Origin: an uncultured virus (IMG/VR IMGVR_UViG_3300025885_000003)
Taxonomy: Duplodnaviria; Heunggongvirae; Uroviricota; Caudoviricetes
DNA: 20,000 nt
Direction: 5' to 3' (one strand)
IMG/VR virus record: IMGVR_UViG_3300025885_000003
Shown: positions 15,063-20,000 of the stretch, piece by piece
Position numbering within the stretch: position 1 is the first letter of the stretch
Layout: every line of letters starts with the position of its first letter
Program-made: the position numbers and the translations under genes
Notes under the pieces: model-generated
The model's database searches: none
Seen by the model: the letters and a program-made list of their open reading frames with translations, nothing else
Told to the model about the DNA's origin: nothing

Positions 15063-16796
15063 TTAGTAGATCGTCTCGACAACGAAGTTCGTCGTCGTGA
15101 TTGTGTCAGATGCAGACGGTGCGCCTGCACCACCCCATTCGGCTGTAAGACTGATAGCGCCGGTTGCTGCTACAGTGACAGCCGAGTTACCCGTCGTGAA
15201 GGGGAGTAAGAACTCGACGCCGGTTCCTGTGTCTTGAATCTCAACAACGCTGCCACCGATAACAGTAGTCGCGCTGCGCCACGTCAAAACAACACTGAAA
15301 CTCCAATCGGTAGTCGTTGATCCGAGTGTGAATGCTCCGGTGTCAAGTACGACGGTTGAGCCGTGCTTCAAGCGCAATCGAATCGAATCGTTTGCGATAT
15401 TACCGATGACACCGTGTGCTGTGATACGGATTGAACGCCCGGTTGGGGCCGCATTGATCGTAGCTGAACCCTGTCCACCAGCATTGCTGATATCCGTTTC
15501 ACTAGTCGTATTTGCGCAGGTATCGCTCGTGGTTAGCGCAAAGCCACCGATCTGGATTGTACCCGCCTGATTCGGTAGCACATCTGCACGGGTAGTTGCT
15601 GTGTCGATACCAGAAAGATCGAGTGTGACTTTCTTCGTCCGATCAGTCACATCCACAAGTGAACTGTCGGAGCGAATCGATGCTTTGAGCATCGCTTTGT
15701 TATCCACAAGGAAAGTGGCTGCGCCAGATACGGTAGAAATCGCATCAAGAAGATCAGCCGATTGTGACGCTCCGGCACCATTAAGCTGGAGTGGAACAAC
15801 ACTATTGCCATCAGCCGTGAGGGTCCCCATTGGAGAGAGGACCGCTGCTCCTGTACCGATGCCAAGATGTCCGGCCCCGTCGATCTTACCGAGTTGTGAT
15901 CCGCCCGAGGAATCCCAACGCACAATGTCCGCTGAAACAGCGACAACTTCTACGTACGAGACACAGAGGTAGAGGGTGTCGCCCGTACCATCTAGCTCGA
16001 TCGAGTTCGCGGTGCCCGTACCAACGCTTCCGCTAGTCGTGACTGTCGTCGTGATCGTGGTCGGGGTGGTGCCGATGCCAGAGAGGTTGTAGACCCCTGA
16101 GGCGTACCGGACACCCGCCGAGTCAACGAGGTGAAACGTAATCGTGGCCGAGCCCCCGAAGGTTCCACCGAGGGCAAAGACAGAGGCATTGATTGTGTAG
16201 GTCCGTCCGGCCAGAATCGAACCGTTAAGGCCGTTCTTCTGTCGATTGGCCCCATTCGGGAGGCTCGTATTGATCGCCATATACGACGAAGTTCCGTCGT
16301 TCGAAGCAAGCGCCGCTGCTGATGTTCCACCGATGGGAGTACCGCTACCAGAGTACGGTCCCGCCCAGTTGTCTGCTACGACACTGTTCGGCGTAAAAGT
16401 ACCCCCACCAGCACCCGTTCCCACAACATGCAGGGGATTTGCAGGAGTTGCCGTACCGATACCGAAGAAGCCTCGATCTTCATCTAGGGCTACCCGAATG
16501 TTCGGGTATCCGAGATAGATAAAGCCTTTGTCCGCATCAGCCGTAGACGACAAGTACAGATTCCCGTTCGCTTGGTTCGAGCCGAAGGCAATCTGGCCGC
16601 CGGGGATACCCGGCTTGAAGAAGAACGGAGTAGTATCAATGAGTGGACCGCCACTACCATCCGGAGCTTCGTTACGGATAATCGCCCCGAAAGCTGCGGT
16701 TGTTTGATTGTGGTTGTCTACGAGACGCCGGAGAAGATTGTACAACCAGACCGGCGTCCCCTCACGCTTGACTACTCCTGTTCCGATACTTGGCAT
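15063..16796 (-). CDS. Tail fibre / receptor-binding protein
   Basis: G/S/T-rich, beta-rich sequence with GGQIAFG...NLYLSST..DKG, GIGTATPANPLHVVG, LGIGT and DVTDRTKKVTLDLSGI.T.TTR..LP...GT, motifs that recur in phage fibres. Confidence 0.7.
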   Translation of the reverse strand: MPSIGTGVVKREGTPVWLYNLLRRLVDNHNQTTAAFGAIIRNEAPDGSGGPLIDTTPFFFKPGIPGGQIAFGSNQANGNLYLSSTADADKGFIYLGYPNIRVALDEDRGFFGIGTATPANPLHVVGTGAGGGTFTPNSVVADNWAGPYSGSGTPIGGTSAAALASNDGTSSYMAINTSLPNGANRQKNGLNGSILAGRTYTINASVFALGGTFGGSATITFHLVDSAGVRYASGVYNLSGIGTTPTTITTTVTTSGSVGTGTANSIELDGTGDTLYLCVSYVEVVAVSADIVRWDSSGGSQLGKIDGAGHLGIGTGAAVLSPMGTLTADGNSVVPLQLNGAGASQSADLLDAISTVSGAATFLVDNKAMLKASIRSDSSLVDVTDRTKKVTLDLSGIDTATTRADVLPNQAGTIQIGGFALTTSDTCANTTSETDISNAGGQGSATINAAPTGRSIRITAHGVIGNIANDSIRLRLKHGSTVVLDTGAFTLGSTTTDWSFSVVLTWRSATTVIGGSVVEIQDTGTGVEFLLPFTTGNSAVTVAATGAISLTAEWGGAGAPSASDTITTTNFVVETIY

Positions 16797-16798
16797 CG

Positions 16799-19700
16799 TT
16801 AGCTCCTGTTCTGTTCCTTACCTGCGTCTGCCATGTCGTAAGCGAAGAAGTTCAGTCGCATGTCTACGCCTGCGTCTACGCGCGAAGCATCGGGCATCAA
16901 TACCTTGTCGAACTGTAGCTCCAGTGCCTGTCCCTGATTATCCGGGTGTACGACCAGAAGTGAGCCGACGCGCATGGAACTGTAGACAGTCTCACATGCC
17001 GTAGCCGCCTCACCGATGTTTTGTCGGCGTACTGTGACCGAGAGCGTACTACTGTCGAATCCGGTTGAGAAAGTACCGGCCTCGAAGGCGTTCGTGGAGA
17101 TAGTAATCTGCGTCGCACTGTCCACGCTAAGGATGATCGTGTCACCCACGACATTCGTACTACGTACCAACATGCCCTTCACGAGACCAGTTGTGCTCGC
17201 CATTGTCACTGTAGGCGAGCCCTTGGTGAACGTACAATTGGTCGTGACAACGAGCGAGCCGGTAGCAGAGAAATGAATGTAGATACGCTCTTCACGCGCG
17301 CTTCGGTCGATACCATTCGGGAAGAATCGACGTGAAACAGCCCTCGGCGCTCCAATGACTGTGGTGGAGTCATCGCTCTTGTAGCCAGCGGGGATGGTGA
17401 ATCCGTTATCTTCCGTGTAGATTAGACCCCCAGTGTGGTAGCCAGTGAATAGTACGTGCTGTCCATTAAGCGTCGCAACCATAGCTGAGCGTGCGGCCAC
17501 GGAGATCGGTCCGATGGCGGGAATCATGCCACCTTCCTTGATCTTGTCCTGTGAGTAGTTGAAGACCATCGCCCGGCTGTTCTTACCATTGCCACCGTAG
17601 GGCGCGTAGTAAAGCACCAGCCACTGTTCCTTCGGGTAGTTTCGGAGGATACACTTGCTGATGTTCGCGGAATCCACGAGCGTGGACCACTTAAGGTCTA
17701 GATTCAGGAAGCGCGTTGTCACGCCATCCGTGACATGCAGCCCGTTTTGTGCGACGTAAGCCAGTTGCTGGCCACCACCGCCCGGTACCGTGAAAAGCGC
17801 ACCAGCGAGGGGACCAACGATTCCGTGATCTGAGGCCAAGTCTTCATGAGCAAGGCCCTCACGGAAGTCTGTGTCAGTCTCGGCCGGGAGGTAATTCACC
17901 CGCTTAACGGCATCGTTCATGCCGACAATCAGAACCTGACCGCAGCGCCGGATGAAGTTCACTTTGTTGTGTCGCCGCTCGTTGAACGCCATGACGTATG
18001 GGCCGGGCTTCCCCTTGTCCACGACGCCTGGGAAGGCTTCGGGCTCGCCGGGAAGCGACCACACGATGACGTTCTCGTTCGAGAGGTCATTCACGACCAT
18101 GCTGCCCTGGAAAAGGTCTCCCGTCGAAGACAGTGGGGGCGTCCCTCGGGCCGGGATGTCAAGCGTATTGCCGATCTGGTCCCGATAGGTGACGATGCGG
18201 AATGGCTTGCCGTTCAGATTGACTGAGGTTCCAGAGAAGAATACAGTGACCTGGACACCGTCAACTGCGATGTGCTGATTGCTGTTGGACCCCGCCTTTT
18301 CGATCCAGACTTCGAAACCGCCCGTGCCAGCGGACGTAAAGTCTGCTGCTACCCATGCGACACCGAGCGTATCGAATTGGCTACCCACGACGTTGATTTT
18401 CCAGTCGAACGTACGCACTTCACCAAGAATAGGACCGCTATCCTTCGTGATGCCGGTATTACGAAGGTACAGAAAGTAGTTACCCGCGCCAGTCGCGGGT
18501 CCGAGCTTTGCGCGCACAGATACCTGGATACCAGTCACGGTCTTACCAGTGAAGTCACCGTCCGAGCCGCTCATGGTAAAGGTCGTGAGCTTGTTCATCG
18601 ACGCATTGACGCCCGCGCCCGAATTACCGAAGGCTGCGATGTTGTCATATGCGTTCAGAAGGTTGCTGGGGAGCGTCCACTCGTCACGACCGGATACCGC
18701 CGATTTCACGGTCGGGAACCCCGTGCGGCTGCTATTCGTGTCAGTCAGGTCCTTAGAGGTATCTGTGATGGGGATTGTCGCGACGAGTCGGAATGTAGCC
18801 AGCGAGGGAGTCGTGGAGGCATCCGTCTGCTTCGGCGACATGTAGATGCGCCAATGCGTAGCAAGGCGACCGTCACTACCATCGTTGACGATGGACGGAC
18901 GTGCGACGCGCACACACTGAGTCGTGTAGTCTGTGACGTTGCCGACGACTGGACCGATCTGCACACCCTTGTCATCCTTCGGCGCGTAGGTACCCTCGAC
19001 TTCATCGGGTTGATCCGGATTCGTGACTTCGGTCGTGAGAAACCAGTAATAGCCGTTACCAAGTACCGCAGACCACGTACCGGAGACAATGGACACCGTA
19101 GGCTGGCGTGCAACTGCACCCATGCCAGCAGGACGGGCGACAACGATATCGTCTAACGTCGTACCAGGGATAGAGCGCGAGCGGAAGTAGATGCGCTGCG
19201 TGACACCGGCTCCGAAGAGACCGTAGTAGACACCGCCCCACTGGACGAGATCAAGAATTTCGACTCCTGTGTCACTCGGCGCGACCGCGATGCCCATGTC
19301 GAAAGTCGCCGTGATGGTGGCTGTTGCGGTAGCTGGTTTAGAGATCGTGATCGAGGTTGCGCTCGTGAGTGTGATCACGACACTGTTAGTGGGGATGCCT
19401 GCACCAGAGATGCGGGCACCCAGAACCATATTGGCGAATCCACCGCTGGCCGACGTGATAACCGCACTAGTATTGGTCGTAGCAGCATCAGTGACCTGAC
19501 CAGGACCAGTAATCTTGGTGAAAGTGGCGGTACCATCGATGACGGAGAAGTTGCCGGTCCAGAGAGTGCCCCTGCTATTGTCATTGCCCCCGAGCGCAAT
19601 GAACTGCTGAGTCAGTTGTGCCGGAAAGGGAGCCCACGCCATGCCCTTGACAGGACACGTTGCCCCCGAGGAATCCTTGATCGTGGTGCTATTGTACTGC

Positions 19701-19843
19701 GTGCGACCCGGTGCCCGGAACAGGCCCGGATCATGCGCACGGTACACACACTCGTCAGCAGCCTGGACCTCACCCTCGATGAGGAGGGCTGGGTCCCGCG
19801 CGGTGACGAGACCGCCGTTCAAAAATTCGGACACGAGTGGCAT
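16799..19843 (-). CDS. Tail nozzle / tail tubular-like protein (P22 gp10 / T7 gp12 position) with inserted beta domains
   Basis: 1014 aa. N-terminal FLNGGLVTARDPALL; propeller-like VIVWSLPGEPEAFP, DHGIVG and LAYVAQNGLHVTDG. Lies directly upstream of the fibre and ejection genes. Confidence 0.65.
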   Translation of the reverse strand: MPLVSEFLNGGLVTARDPALLIEGEVQAADECVYRAHDPGLFRAPGRTQYNSTTIKDSSGATCPVKGMAWAPFPAQLTQQFIALGGNDNSRGTLWTGNFSVIDGTATFTKITGPGQVTDAATTNTSAVITSASGGFANMVLGARISGAGIPTNSVVITLTSATSITISKPATATATITATFDMGIAVAPSDTGVEILDLVQWGGVYYGLFGAGVTQRIYFRSRSIPGTTLDDIVVARPAGMGAVARQPTVSIVSGTWSAVLGNGYYWFLTTEVTNPDQPDEVEGTYAPKDDKGVQIGPVVGNVTDYTTQCVRVARPSIVNDGSDGRLATHWRIYMSPKQTDASTTPSLATFRLVATIPITDTSKDLTDTNSSRTGFPTVKSAVSGRDEWTLPSNLLNAYDNIAAFGNSGAGVNASMNKLTTFTMSGSDGDFTGKTVTGIQVSVRAKLGPATGAGNYFLYLRNTGITKDSGPILGEVRTFDWKINVVGSQFDTLGVAWVAADFTSAGTGGFEVWIEKAGSNSNQHIAVDGVQVTVFFSGTSVNLNGKPFRIVTYRDQIGNTLDIPARGTPPLSSTGDLFQGSMVVNDLSNENVIVWSLPGEPEAFPGVVDKGKPGPYVMAFNERRHNKVNFIRRCGQVLIVGMNDAVKRVNYLPAETDTDFREGLAHEDLASDHGIVGPLAGALFTVPGGGGQQLAYVAQNGLHVTDGVTTRFLNLDLKWSTLVDSANISKCILRNYPKEQWLVLYYAPYGGNGKNSRAMVFNYSQDKIKEGGMIPAIGPISVAARSAMVATLNGQHVLFTGYHTGGLIYTEDNGFTIPAGYKSDDSTTVIGAPRAVSRRFFPNGIDRSAREERIYIHFSATGSLVVTTNCTFTKGSPTVTMASTTGLVKGMLVRSTNVVGDTIILSVDSATQITISTNAFEAGTFSTGFDSSTLSVTVRRQNIGEAATACETVYSSMRVGSLLVVHPDNQGQALELQFDKVLMPDASRVDAGVDMRLNFFAYDMADAGKEQNRS

Positions 19844-20000
19844 CAGCTATTCCTCTTGTGGGGACAGATGAGTCCCTTAGTTTTCACTAGGTGACAGTTA
19901 GCACAAAGAAGTTGAATGTCTAGCGGCTGGTTATTCAGTAGATGACGAATAAATGCGGGACCCATGCCTGTTTTCTTACGATCATGCTTCCCATCATCAT
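19843..20000 (-). CDS. HNH endonuclease, C-terminal part (5'-truncated by window edge; not in ORF track)
   Basis: Hand translation: ...DDGKHDRKKTGMGPAFIRHLLNNQPLDIQLLCANCHLVKTKGLICPHKRNS*. QLLCANCH...CPH is a typical HNH C-terminus. TGATG overlap with the nozzle start. Confidence 0.75.
   Translation of the reverse strand, partial: DDGKHDRKKTGMGPAFIRHLLNNQPLDIQLLCANCHLVKTKGLICPHKRNS

Noticed and set aside
9380..19156. Long + strand ORFs (9380-10207, 10253-10846, 11597-12205, 13287-13853, 18272-19156), and similarly 6766-7407 on -
   Set aside because: They are antisense shadows of well-supported genes in GC-rich, codon-biased DNA, with no recognisable motifs.
1..20000. CRISPR arrays, tRNAs, introns/inteins, DGR repeats, integrase, stop-codon recoding
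   Set aside because: I saw no repeat-spacer pattern or cloverleaf. PolA and ThyX are uninterrupted, no reverse transcriptase or integrase is present, and TAA, TAG and TGA all end genes at tight junctions.

Overview
This window is part of a tailed dsDNA phage genome (or prophage), moderately GC-rich, using the standard genetic code. It has two convergent, tightly coupled gene blocks. The + strand (1-7438) is a replication and nucleotide-metabolism block: HNH endonuclease, family A DNA polymerase with a degenerate N-terminal UDG-like domain, ThyX, an endonuclease VII / nucleoside-deoxyribosyltransferase-like fusion, a DUF5664-type dNTP diphosphohydrolase-like protein, GH24 lysozyme, HAD protein, a 41-aa HTH, a DEDDh exonuclease and a 31-aa membrane peptide. 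The - strand (7686-20000) is the end of a podovirus-like virion and lysis block: partial HNH, tail nozzle-like protein, tail fibre, four probable ejected/internal proteins (one ending in a GNAT-like domain, one LPD38-like), small membrane proteins and a 3TM holin. The most striking unexplained signal is a ~130-nt multi-stem, + strand RNA-like structure (7441-7571) between the blocks, ending directly at a long terminator hairpin. All family calls come from motif recognition by eye; no searches were run.
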